Shown: in pieces, positions 15,718 to 23,955 of the stretch
Numbering within the stretch: position 1 is the stretch's first letter
Layout: each line of letters begins with the position of its first letter
NCBI GenBank assembly: GCA_946414345.1
Contig: CAMKOB010000002.1
Coordinates: forward strand, 6,540 to 70,539
Source: an uncultured Candidatus Saccharibacteria bacterium
GTDB lineage: Bacteria > Patescibacteriota > Saccharimonadia > Saccharimonadales > Saccharimonadaceae
Length of the DNA stretch: 64,000 nucleotides
Direction: 5' to 3'
Program-made: the position numbers and the translations under genes
The notes under the pieces: model-generated
What the model saw: the letters and a program-made list of their open reading frames with translations, nothing else
Told to the model about the DNA's origin: nothing
The model's database searches: none

Positions 15718-16742
15718 TGGGTAAGGAAGAAGAGAAAAAATTAAAAAAGTCTACTAAGAAAAGTTTGAAAGCAATCCGGAAGACTAATATAAAACATCCG
15801 ATTCGTGAAGAAGGACGAATTTTGAAGTATGGTACAAAAGGCTTTGCGAGAAATATTTGGCTTTCAGTGGCAGCAACGATCGTAATGACAATTACGCTGA
15901 TTATTCTTTTTGTGACTATTGTGGCTAGCGTGATTTTAACAAATACCGCTGAGATGATGCGAGATAAAATTGATATTACGATTTATTTTAAACCTAATAC
16001 GTCGGAAAAAGACCTGAATCAGCTGTCTGATATTATCAGCAAGGATTCAAACATTAAGAGCGTGGTAATATCGACTTCTGAGCAAGAGTATGATAAGTTT
16101 GTCGAGGAAAATGCTGGCAGTGACGATATTCTTGAAGTCCTTGATGACGAAATGAAGGCTTTGATGATTTCCAAGATGCAAGCAACGATGAGAATTAAAG
16201 TATATAATGTAGATAATCTTGATAGTATCCGCGAAATTGTGGAAACGGATGAAAAATTTCAGGCTGCGCTCGATTCGGAAATGTCACCGACGTATGACGT
16301 GAACCAGGTTGAAATTGCTACGATCACAAAATGGGCGCAGATTGCACGGATGAGTGGTTTGATACTTGCTAGTGTGTTTTTGGCGATTTCAATTTTAATT
16401 ATTTTTTCTACAATTAGAATGGCGATTTTCTCACGACGTGAGGAAATCTATATGATGAGGTTGGTTGGTGCAGATAAAAGATTTGTGCGAGGGCCGTTTT
16501 TGGTGGAGGCAGAAATTTGCGGCATTATTGCTGGTGTACTTGCGGCGACTGCTTCATATTTTGGATTTATGTTCTTGGCGCCTAAGTTGGCTGGTTATGG
16601 TATTGATGTAACTGTCATTTCTGACATTTTGAGTTCAAATAAGCTGATTTTAGTTTATTTGATTTTTATTGGACTTGGCGTGTTTATTGGCCGTGCGTCG
16701 GCGCATCTTGCTGTGGGGAAATATTTGCATAAAAGTTCATAA
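15717..16742 (+). CDS. ftsX: Cell-division permease-like protein FtsX
   Basis: GTG start overlapping the ftsE stop. One N-terminal TM helix, a large extracytoplasmic loop and three C-terminal TM helices, with the MRLVGA motif. Confidence 0.85.
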   Translation: MGKEEEKKLKKSTKKSLKAIRKTNIKHPIREEGRILKYGTKGFARNIWLSVAATIVMTITLIILFVTIVASVILTNTAEMMRDKIDITIYFKPNTSEKDLNQLSDIISKDSNIKSVVISTSEQEYDKFVEENAGSDDILEVLDDEMKALMISKMQATMRIKVYNVDNLDSIREIVETDEKFQAALDSEMSPTYDVNQVEIATITKWAQIARMSGLILASVFLAISILIIFSTIRMAIFSRREEIYMMRLVGADKRFVRGPFLVEAEICGIIAGVLAATASYFGFMFLAPKLAGYGIDVTVISDILSSNKLILVYLIFIGLGVFIGRASAHLAVGKYLHKSS

Positions 16743-16756
16743 TTTTATTATGGTTA

Positions 16757-16765
16757 TGATATAAT
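16757..16765 (+). promoter_or_regulatory. Extended -10 (TGATATAAT) 6 nt upstream of ATG 16772 (leaderless)
   Basis: TGATATAAT, then AAAAAT, then ATG. Confidence 0.5.
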
Positions 16766-16771
16766 AAAAAT

Positions 16772-18034
16772 ATGAAAACAAAAACTACTGACAAAGTGAG
16801 GTACAGAGTCGGACGACGTATTGCTATGGTCGTTGTGATTTTTGTAGTAGTTTCGGTAGTGACACTGGGGGCAAATTACAATTACAATCTTGGAGTGGAG
16901 GCGATTTCGCCAGCTTGTTATAATAGTCCTGATTGTATGGCGGCTGTACAGGCTGAAGAGGAAGCAAACGCTAATGCGGCGGCGGCTCAGAATGCTTCTA
17001 ATATGTATCAGATGAAAGTAAATGAATTAACTTCGCAAATTGCCTATACGGAAAGAATGATTGCTGAGTCACAAGCGCGAGTTGAAGAATTGAATGTACA
17101 AATAAAAGAAACTGAAGCTAAATTGCTCGAGGAGCAAGAAGCGCTTGTGGAACTTTTGATTAATACGCATTTTGAAGGCGATTCGGAACCAATCACTATA
17201 CTAGCGGGTGCAAATTCTATTTCGGATTTGGCTGAGAAGCAAGCGCGTGCTGAGGTGGTAAAACAACAAATCAGTGTGACGGCTATAAAAATTAAAGAAG
17301 CAAAAGCAAAGCTTGAGGTTGACAAAATGGAAGTTGAAACTCAACTTGAGTCGCAAAAAGAATTGAAAGAGGAGTTAGCTGCAACGCGAGCGGAGCAACA
17401 GCAATTGGTGACTAAATATGCCAATGATGCGGCGGCTTACGAGCAAGCTGCATTAGCAGCGATTGATGCGCAGCGTGAAGCGGAATTGGCTGAAATTGAG
17501 AAGCACCCGGATTTGTATCAGGGTGGTGGGTATACTGGGTATAATACTTTTCCATGGCAGGATATTTGTCCTGAGAGTAATTTGGTCGGTATAGCTTATC
17601 TAGAAAATGCAGTGTATGTGCCGGGTGGTGGTTCTTACGCTTTGGGTGCGATGTGTCAATGTACGAGCTATGCTGGTTGGAAAGTTTGGGATAGATATCG
17701 GATTGCAGTGAACTGGGGTTGGAATCACGCCTACGCTTGGGATACTGCCGCAAGAAATGCTGGTTATAGGGTAGACAATATCCCGGAAGCTGATTCTTTG
17801 GGTCAATCTTCGGATGGTTATTATGGCCACGTTTGGTGGGTGGAGAGTGTAAATAGTGATGGTTCGGTGAATGTGACTGAATACAATAATCCTTATGCAA
17901 CATGTCTCTATCAAACTGGTGGTGATTTGAATTATTGTGGCTGGCATTATTATGAATATCCATCTGGTGATTTTGGTTCCCGTACAATGTCGGCGGCGGT
18001 TGCGGCGCAGTATAATTATGTTCATTTTAGATAG
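16772..18034 (+). CDS. PcsB-like peptidoglycan hydrolase: TM anchor, long coiled coil, C-terminal CHAP domain
   Basis: Heptad-rich region QMKVNELTSQIAYTERMIAESQARVEELNVQIKETEAKLLEEQ. CHAP motifs CQCTSYAGWKVW and GHVWWVESVNSDGSVNVTEYN. Lies immediately after ftsEX. Confidence 0.8.
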   Translation: MKTKTTDKVRYRVGRRIAMVVVIFVVVSVVTLGANYNYNLGVEAISPACYNSPDCMAAVQAEEEANANAAAAQNASNMYQMKVNELTSQIAYTERMIAESQARVEELNVQIKETEAKLLEEQEALVELLINTHFEGDSEPITILAGANSISDLAEKQARAEVVKQQISVTAIKIKEAKAKLEVDKMEVETQLESQKELKEELAATRAEQQQLVTKYANDAAAYEQAALAAIDAQREAELAEIEKHPDLYQGGGYTGYNTFPWQDICPESNLVGIAYLENAVYVPGGGSYALGAMCQCTSYAGWKVWDRYRIAVNWGWNHAYAWDTAARNAGYRVDNIPEADSLGQSSDGYYGHVWWVESVNSDGSVNVTEYNNPYATCLYQTGGDLNYCGWHYYEYPSGDFGSRTMSAAVAAQYNYVHFR

Positions 18035-18039
18035 TCTTG

Positions 18040-18048
18040 TGCTATAAT
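18040..18048 (+). promoter_or_regulatory. Extended -10 (TGCTATAAT) 7 nt upstream of ATG 18056 (leaderless)
   Basis: TGCTATAAT, then TATATAC, then ATG. Confidence 0.5.
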
Positions 18049-18055
18049 TATATAC

Positions 18056-19246
18056 ATGAGTAGTAAAGTAGAGTGGAAAGCAAAAAATATTAATCTTGGT
18101 GGTGCGATTGTCATTGCTGCAGCATGTGCCGTGATTGGTCTTGTGATTGGATTGACGGTGCAGAATTTTGATGTGCTTTCCTTGATTGGTCTTGGTGGTG
18201 AGGATTCTTACCGGGGAAATTGGTCACAGCTTGATGAAGTTTACGGAAGGTTAATGAGCAATTATAATGGTGAAATTGATTTTGGTGCTGTAGTTGAGGG
18301 GGCAAAGAAGGGGATGGTTGAGGCTTTGGGCGATCAATATACGGTTTACATGACTCCGGAAGAAAACAAGAGCTTTATGGATGATTTGCACGGGAATGTA
18401 GGAAGTGGAATTGGTATTGAGATGGGGTTACGCGATGGCTATGTACGAGTGTTGAGAACTTTGCCAGATAATCCGGCGCGTAAGGCTGGTATTTTGGCTG
18501 GTGATATTATTTTTAAAATTGACGGAGAAGAAGTCTGGCAGTTGTCTTCAGATGAGATTGCGAGTCGAGTGCGCGGTGCTGATGGCAGTGACGTAGTGGT
18601 GACGGTGGTGCGTGACGGTGAAGAGCTGGATTACGCGATGAAACGTGAGGCGATTAATAATGTATCTGAATATGTTGAGTTTGATGGTTCGACGGCTATT
18701 GTAACCGTGACAAGATTTGATAGCGATACTGGAAAGCTTGTTCAAAAAGAGGCTGAGAAATTTGCCGAAAAAGGCATAAATAAAGTGATTTTGGATTTAC
18801 GTAATAATGGTGGCGGATATGTATCAGCGGCACAAGAAATGCTAAGCCTTTGGATTGATGGTCAAATTGTTTATAAGCAACAGTCTAAGAATTCTGGTGA
18901 TACGGTAAGTTATGCATCGAGCGGTCGGGCGATATTGAAGGACATGAAGACGATTGTGTTAATTAACGGTTCAACAGCTTCGGCGAGTGAAATTGTGGCA
19001 GGCGCTTTGCAAGATTATGGTAAGGCAACGATTGTAGGTGAACAAAGCTATGGCAAGGGTGTGGTGCAGACTTTGCTTAATCTTTCAAATGGGGCGACGC
19101 TCAAAGTGACAACGGCTGATTGGTATACTCCGAATGGTAATTCGATTAGTCAAGCTGGGATTACGCCAGATATTGTAATAGAGCGGACCTATGATGATAT
19201 TAATAAGATGATTGATCCACAGCTAGACAAGGCTAAGGAGCTTTAA
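18056..19246 (+). CDS. ctpA: S41 family C-terminal processing (tail-specific) peptidase
   Basis: TM anchor, PDZ region GIGIEMG...AGILAGDIIFKIDG, and S41 core LDLRNNGGGY...GSTASASEIVAGALQD...GKG. Confidence 0.9.
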   Translation: MSSKVEWKAKNINLGGAIVIAAACAVIGLVIGLTVQNFDVLSLIGLGGEDSYRGNWSQLDEVYGRLMSNYNGEIDFGAVVEGAKKGMVEALGDQYTVYMTPEENKSFMDDLHGNVGSGIGIEMGLRDGYVRVLRTLPDNPARKAGILAGDIIFKIDGEEVWQLSSDEIASRVRGADGSDVVVTVVRDGEELDYAMKREAINNVSEYVEFDGSTAIVTVTRFDSDTGKLVQKEAEKFAEKGINKVILDLRNNGGGYVSAAQEMLSLWIDGQIVYKQQSKNSGDTVSYASSGRAILKDMKTIVLINGSTASASEIVAGALQDYGKATIVGEQSYGKGVVQTLLNLSNGATLKVTTADWYTPNGNSISQAGITPDIVIERTYDDINKMIDPQLDKAKEL

Positions 19247-20515
19247 GTGCGAATTGTAATTGCTACGGCAGTATATCATCCAATGATAAATGGGGTGGCA
19301 GTATTTGCGCATAATCTTGCGATGGGGTTAGTATCGCGTGGAAATGAAGTGGTGGTAATTTGCCCGTCGCGTACTGGCAAAAATTATGTTTTGATGGAGG
19401 ATGGGGTGGAGGTGCATTATCTGCGATCGGTGCAGGTGAAGGTTTACCCAGACCAAATTCATGATGTGCCGGACAAGAAAACTTTTCTGGGCGTAAAACT
19501 ACCGACTTTATATCGGCATGGTTTTAGGGTTTCGGTGTTTCCAGCGATTGAGGTGAGAAAAATTTTGGATGATTTTTTGCCGGATGTGGTACATGTGCAG
19601 GTATCTGATCCGATTGGACTTTCGGTGGTTTCTTATGCGCGAAAAAATGGTATTCCAGTGGTGACGACAGAACATAACCAACCGGAGGTTTTGACGGAGC
19701 CATTAAGGGTGCCGAAGCTAGTGAAAAAGCCAGTGGATGCTTTGCTGTCGGCGTATTTTGTAAATCGGCAGAGTAAGAGTGATTTTGTGACGATGCCAAC
19801 TAAGAAGGCGATTTATAAATTGTTGGAGGGGAAGGATATTAAGGTGCCGGTAGCGGCGGTGTCGAATGGGGTGGATTTGTCGGCTTTTCGGCCAGGGAAG
19901 GTTTCAAGTACATTTTACAAGAAATATGGTGTGCCTTCGGGTCGGCCAGTGGTTTTGTATGTTGGGCGAGTAGATCCAGAAAAGAATGTAGGTTTAGTGA
20001 TTGAAGCTTTCAAATTAACTCTTGCCAAAGTGCCGTCGGCTGTTCTTCTGATTGTAGGGGATGGAGTAGACAAAGCTAGACTGATGGGCTTGGTGGAAGA
20101 AGATTCTTTACTAAAAAAATCTGTGATTTTTGCTGGCCGAGTGGTGCCACCAGATTTGTATGAGATGTATCGTTTGGGTTCGGTTTTTGCTACGGCTTCG
20201 GAGATTGAGACGCAGGGAATTGTGCTTGTGGAAGCGGCGGCGTCTGGTTTACCTTTGATTGCGGTGGACAAAGGTGCCGTAAGTGAGATTTGCGTAAATG
20301 GGGAAAATGGATTTTTATGTGAGCCAGGTGATGTCGCAGGGATTGCGGAAGCGATGGTACGTGTCTTGTCGGATGACTCATTGCGTAAGAAGTATTCGCA
20401 GCGGTCGGTAGAGATTGCGACGGAACATGATTTTGAAAAGACTTTGGATAAGTTTTTGAATATATATCGGCGGGTAATTAAAATGAAAAAAGCAGAGGAA
20501 TCTCCTCGGGAATAA
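19247..20515 (+). CDS. GT4-family (GT-B) glycosyltransferase
   Basis: N-terminus RIVIATAVYHPMINGVAVFAHNLA. C-terminal domain LYVGRVDPEKN...ASEIETQGIVLVEAAASGLPLIAVDKGAVSEI. GTG start abutting the ctpA stop. Confidence 0.85.
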   Translation: MRIVIATAVYHPMINGVAVFAHNLAMGLVSRGNEVVVICPSRTGKNYVLMEDGVEVHYLRSVQVKVYPDQIHDVPDKKTFLGVKLPTLYRHGFRVSVFPAIEVRKILDDFLPDVVHVQVSDPIGLSVVSYARKNGIPVVTTEHNQPEVLTEPLRVPKLVKKPVDALLSAYFVNRQSKSDFVTMPTKKAIYKLLEGKDIKVPVAAVSNGVDLSAFRPGKVSSTFYKKYGVPSGRPVVLYVGRVDPEKNVGLVIEAFKLTLAKVPSAVLLIVGDGVDKARLMGLVEEDSLLKKSVIFAGRVVPPDLYEMYRLGSVFATASEIETQGIVLVEAAASGLPLIAVDKGAVSEICVNGENGFLCEPGDVAGIAEAMVRVLSDDSLRKKYSQRSVEIATEHDFEKTLDKFLNIYRRVIKMKKAEESPRE

Positions 20516-20530
20516 TATCAGAAACGAAAG

Positions 20531-20564
20531 CGGGCGCTTCTTGCCTTGCGGCTTGAAGCGCCCG
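20531..20564 (-). terminator. G+C-rich hairpin terminating the minus-strand two-gene cassette
   Basis: 10-bp stem CGGGCGCTTC/GAAGCGCCCG with an inner GCC/GGC helix, 9 nt after the TGA at 20573-20575. On the minus strand it is followed by CTTTCGTTTC. Confidence 0.55.
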
Positions 20565-20572
20565 TGCGGGGG

Positions 20573-21097
20573 TCAGTTGGTACTGTTGAATGCTGCCTCG
20601 ATGTGCTCTTTGGCCAACTCTTCGCAACACATTGCTCGATCCTTATGGATGAGAGCGAGACGGCGATTGCCGTCGTAGTCCTTCTCCGTATGGCTGAGTT
20701 CTCTAGCGACGATTGCATGTGCGATATACGCGAAGAGGATGCCAACCAGGATGGTAATTCCTGCATAGAGCAAGATAGCCTTAAACGTGTCAGAGTTGCT
20801 GAGATTCAGGCTGAGCGCATCTCGTATACAAATGTTGATGCACTCGATTGTCGCGATGATGCCGGTCCCGAGCACGATGTGCGGGGTGAACCGGCGCAGC
20901 TTGTCTGCCTTGCGGCTGTTCTTTTCAGCTTTTGCTGAGTTTGCCTCTGCGTCCGCCTTATGTTTGGCGGCGTCTTTCTGCAGCCTTTCGGCCGCGAGCA
21001 AGTGCTCGTCAAACTTGGAAGCCTTTGGGACGAAGTCGAACGTGACCTTGTCGGTCATGTCGATGTCTTCTCGATTTAACCTTATAAGTTTACCCAT
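20573..21097 (-). CDS. Hypothetical 174-aa protein: charged helical N-terminus, two TM helices, ~45-aa C-terminal helical region
   Basis: AAGGAG Shine-Dalgarno 6 nt upstream of the ATG. TM1 ~aa 70-91 (FTPHIVLGTGIIATIECINICI), TM2 ~aa 105-131 (FKAILLYAGITILVGILFAYIAHAIVA). G+C well above background. Confidence 0.65.
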   Translation of the reverse strand: MGKLIRLNREDIDMTDKVTFDFVPKASKFDEHLLAAERLQKDAAKHKADAEANSAKAEKNSRKADKLRRFTPHIVLGTGIIATIECINICIRDALSLNLSNSDTFKAILLYAGITILVGILFAYIAHAIVARELSHTEKDYDGNRRLALIHKDRAMCCEELAKEHIEAAFNSTN

Positions 21098-21118
21098 TTT
21101 TTACTCCTTATTCTGTAG

Positions 21119-21295
21119 TTATGCCGCATAAGGATATGCGGTATCTTCGGGTTCTTTTTTCTTGGGTTTCTTTGTGGGTTTTCTGGGTTCTCTAGGTTCT
21201 CTGGGTTCTCTGGGTTTTTCGAGCGGCCATTCGAACTCCGGCCAATTCTCGTCGGGTTCTTGTTCTTCCGCCCTGGGGCGGTACTTGCAACTCAT
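21119..21295 (-). CDS. Hypothetical 58-aa Pro/Arg/Glu/Lys-rich protein (below the ORF-track cutoff)
   Basis: Own translation: MSCKYRPRAEEQEPDENWPEFEWPLEKPREPREPREPRKPTKKPKKKEPEDTAYPYAA. GGGAGG Shine-Dalgarno 8 nt upstream, and a consensus promoter upstream of that. Confidence 0.5.
   Translation of the reverse strand: MSCKYRPRAEEQEPDENWPEFEWPLEKPREPREPREPRKPTKKPKKKEPEDTAYPYAA
21176..21220 (-). repeat. About five tandem 9-bp units (GGGTTCTCT-like on the plus strand) encoding (K/E)PRE repeats
   Basis: GGGTTTTCT GGGTTCTCT AGGTTCTCT GGGTTCTCT GGGTTTTTC. Confidence 0.8.
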
Positions 21296-21337
21296 ACTAC
21301 AAACCTCCCGTTTTATTAATGTGCGATTTATGATTAC

Positions 21338-21366
21338 ATTATACCATACTAGGGCATAATTGTCAA
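21338..21366 (-). promoter_or_regulatory. Consensus sigma-70 promoter of the two-gene cassette
   Basis: The minus strand reads TTGACA, a 17-nt spacer (ATTATGCCCTAGTATGG), then TATAAT, with TG at the extended -10 position. Confidence 0.7.
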
Positions 21367-21403
21367 TAGCGATTATGGTTATTTGGGAGGTTTATAACAG
21401 GGG

Positions 21404-23674
21404 TTAGACCACAATGTTTAAGAGGTGGGCTTTTTTGACAAAAATCGACTTTTTGACGCCATTTTTAGTGTATTTGGCGACTTTTTCATCAGAGAGAGCT
21501 AGAGAGGTGATTTTTTCTTCATCTTCGAGATCTTCGGTTTTTACGGTGAGTTTGGCGCGGAGTTTACCATTGACTTGGACTATTACTTCTACCGTGTCAG
21601 AGGTGAGATATTTTTCATCCCACTTGGGCCATTCGTCATCTGTATCGAGCCTTTCGAGCATTTCGGAGGCTAGATGCGGAGCGAAAGGTTTCAAGAGTTT
21701 AGCGAGGGCAATGAGATCTTCTTTGCTAGCGCCCTGTTTATAGAGTTCATTAACATATTCCATTAGGGCTGCAACTGCGGTGTTGAAATTGCATTTGACG
21801 ATGTCAGTGGTGACTTTTTTTATCGTTTTGTTACGGATAATAATGTTGTCTGCTTTGGAGATATTGCCAAGTAGGCTCCAACAACGGTTAAGGAAGCGAT
21901 AAACGCCACCGACAGAACGGGGATCCCAGGCGGCATCAAGCTCGACTGGACCGATGAACATTTCATAGGTACGAAGTGTGTCGGCGCCATAGCCATCATT
22001 GATAACGTCGAGTGGGTCGATGACGTTGCCTTTGCTTTTACTCATTTTTTTGCCATCTGGGGCGTTGATGTAACCATGATAGATAAGTTTTTTGATTGGT
22101 TCACGGAATGGTAAATAACCTTCGTCGGCGAAGAATTTGCACCAGAATCTGACATATAACAGATGGGCGACGGCGTGGTCGGCACCGACGTAGATATCGA
22201 CTGGTTCCCAATATTTGATGGCTTTTTCGTCCCAGGCGTGTTTTTTGTCGTGTGGTGAAGCGTAGCGCCAGAGGTACCAAGATGAACAAGCGTAGCCATC
22301 GAGTGTGTCGGTTTCGCGGGTCATTTCTTCTACTTTGCCAGTATCTTCGTTGTAGAGCTCGACTTTGAGCCAATCTTTGGCTTTGGCAAGGGCGGAATGG
22401 CCGGAATTATCGGGCCTAAAATCTTCTACTTCTGGAATAAGAACGGGGAGTTGATCTTCTGGAATTGGATGAGGATTACCTTCTTTGTCGTAAGCGATAG
22501 GAATTGGACAACCCCAGTAACGTTGACGAGAAATGAGCCAATCACGCATCTTGTAAGTGATTTTGGGGGTGCCATAAAGATCACGGTCGACAAATTCGGC
22601 TTCAACGATGGGTAGGTCGAATTTTTCGGCAAATTCGCGGTCGCGATCGTCGTAGGCTGGAACTGCCATGATGGCGCCTGTGCCATAGCCGGCGAGTACG
22701 TAGTCGGCGACGTAGACTGGGATTTTTTCTTTGGTGGCAGGATTAATTGCGTAGGAGCCGGTAAAGACGCCGGTTTTTTCTTTGTTTTCTTGGCGCTCGA
22801 TTTCGGATTTTTTGAGAGCGGCAGTTTTGTAGGCTTTGACTGCTTCTTTGGTGTCGTCATTGGTTAAAGCGTCTAGACTGGGGTATTCTGGAGCGACCAC
22901 TAAGAAGGTAGCACCGAGAATGGTGTCTGGACGAGTGGTGAAGACTTTGATTTTGGGTGCACCACCGACAATTTCGAAATCGATTTCGGCACCGGCAGAG
23001 CGACCAATCCAATTTTTCTGCATGGTTTTGATTTTGTCAGGCCAGTCGAGAGCGTCGATTTCAGAGAGTAATTCGTCGGCATATTCGGTGATTTTGAAAA
23101 ACCACTGTTTCATTTTTTTCTTTTCGACTTCATGACCACAGCGCCAGCATTTGCCGTTTTCGACCTGTTCGTTGGCGAGAACGGTTTGGTCTTCTGGACA
23201 CCACCACTGGTAGGATTCTTTTTGGTAGGCGAGGCCTTTTTTGTAAAGCTGGAGGAAGCACCACTGAGTCCATTTGTAGTAATCTGGGTCGGAGGTGTTA
23301 ATTTCGCGGTCCCAATCGATGGCGTAGCCGAGGCGCTTGGCTTGCTTGCGGAAATTATTGATGTTGATTTTGGTTACTTCTTGAGGTGCGGTGCCAGTTT
23401 TGATGGCATAATTCTCGGCGGGGAGACCAAAGGTATCATAGCCGAACGGGCGCATGACGTTGTAGCCTTGCTGGGCATAGAAGCGTGCAAGGACATCAAC
23501 AATAGTGAAGTTACGAACGTGGCCAACGTGTAGGCCGGCGCCAGATGGATAAGGGAACATCTCAGCGATGTACATTTTTAGGGTGTCTGGTTTTTCAGTG
23601 GCTTTGAACGTTTTGTTGTCGGCCCAAATTTTTTGCCATTTTTGTTCTATTTTGAGCGGTTCGTATCTTTCCAT
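21404..23674 (-). CDS. leuS: Leucyl-tRNA synthetase
   Basis: PYPSGAGLHVGHVRN (HIGH), KMSKSKGN (KMSKS), 756 aa. Confidence 0.97.
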   Translation of the reverse strand: MERYEPLKIEQKWQKIWADNKTFKATEKPDTLKMYIAEMFPYPSGAGLHVGHVRNFTIVDVLARFYAQQGYNVMRPFGYDTFGLPAENYAIKTGTAPQEVTKININNFRKQAKRLGYAIDWDREINTSDPDYYKWTQWCFLQLYKKGLAYQKESYQWWCPEDQTVLANEQVENGKCWRCGHEVEKKKMKQWFFKITEYADELLSEIDALDWPDKIKTMQKNWIGRSAGAEIDFEIVGGAPKIKVFTTRPDTILGATFLVVAPEYPSLDALTNDDTKEAVKAYKTAALKKSEIERQENKEKTGVFTGSYAINPATKEKIPVYVADYVLAGYGTGAIMAVPAYDDRDREFAEKFDLPIVEAEFVDRDLYGTPKITYKMRDWLISRQRYWGCPIPIAYDKEGNPHPIPEDQLPVLIPEVEDFRPDNSGHSALAKAKDWLKVELYNEDTGKVEEMTRETDTLDGYACSSWYLWRYASPHDKKHAWDEKAIKYWEPVDIYVGADHAVAHLLYVRFWCKFFADEGYLPFREPIKKLIYHGYINAPDGKKMSKSKGNVIDPLDVINDGYGADTLRTYEMFIGPVELDAAWDPRSVGGVYRFLNRCWSLLGNISKADNIIIRNKTIKKVTTDIVKCNFNTAVAALMEYVNELYKQGASKEDLIALAKLLKPFAPHLASEMLERLDTDDEWPKWDEKYLTSDTVEVIVQVNGKLRAKLTVKTEDLEDEEKITSLALSDEKVAKYTKNGVKKSIFVKKAHLLNIVV

Positions 23675-23680
23675 TTCTAT

Positions 23681-23689
23681 ATTATACCA
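23681..23689 (-). promoter_or_regulatory. Extended -10 (TGGTATAAT) 6 nt upstream of the leuS ATG (leaderless)
   Basis: The reverse complement of ATTATACCA is TGGTATAAT. The gap to the ATG (23674) is 6 nt. Confidence 0.55.
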
Positions 23690-23745
23690 TTTTTTTGGAG
23701 AAAATAAAAAAATAAGAGTGGGTTAGCGTGAGATTTTGAGTCTAG

Positions 23746-23955
23746 CTATAATAGTTTTTCGGCTTTTAAAGCTTTTTTGATGGCAGGTCGGTCAAAACCA
23801 ACAATTTTTTGATCACCAATTATTGTAACTGGTACAGACGAAATGTCATCTCTAGAAGAAGCGTCGAGCTCTTCATATTTAACACCGAGATCGTCGAGCC
23901 AATCCATCAAAGTGTGACAGTATATACAAGTTGGGGTGGTGTAAATTTTAATCAT
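23746..23955 (-). CDS. Glutaredoxin/NrdH-like small redoxin
   Basis: 69 aa with a CIYC active-site motif at residues 10-13 after a beta-strand (MIKIYTTPTC), a thioredoxin-fold layout. Confidence 0.8.
   Translation of the reverse strand: MIKIYTTPTCIYCHTLMDWLDDLGVKYEELDASSRDDISSVPVTIIGDQKIVGFDRPAIKKALKAEKLL

Noticed and set aside
17412-18025. Two long minus-strand ORFs (191 and 141 aa, His/Pro/Asn-rich) inside the CHAP hydrolase gene
   Set aside because: The sense strand encodes a recognisable CHAP domain with catalytic Cys/His. The antisense products are compositionally odd with no start context.
20546-21131. Plus-strand ORFs 20546-20938 (130 aa) and 20787-21131 (114 aa) in the G+C-rich cassette
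   Set aside because: High G+C inflates ORF length on both strands. The minus-strand reading has a consensus promoter, two Shine-Dalgarno sites, clean TM helices and a terminator. The plus-strand ORFs overlap each other and lack start signals.
21162-21359. Plus-strand 65-aa ORF with GSLGSLGSLG repeats
   Set aside because: It is the antisense reading of the 9-bp repeat. It has a non-ATG start, no Shine-Dalgarno, and runs against the promoter orientation.
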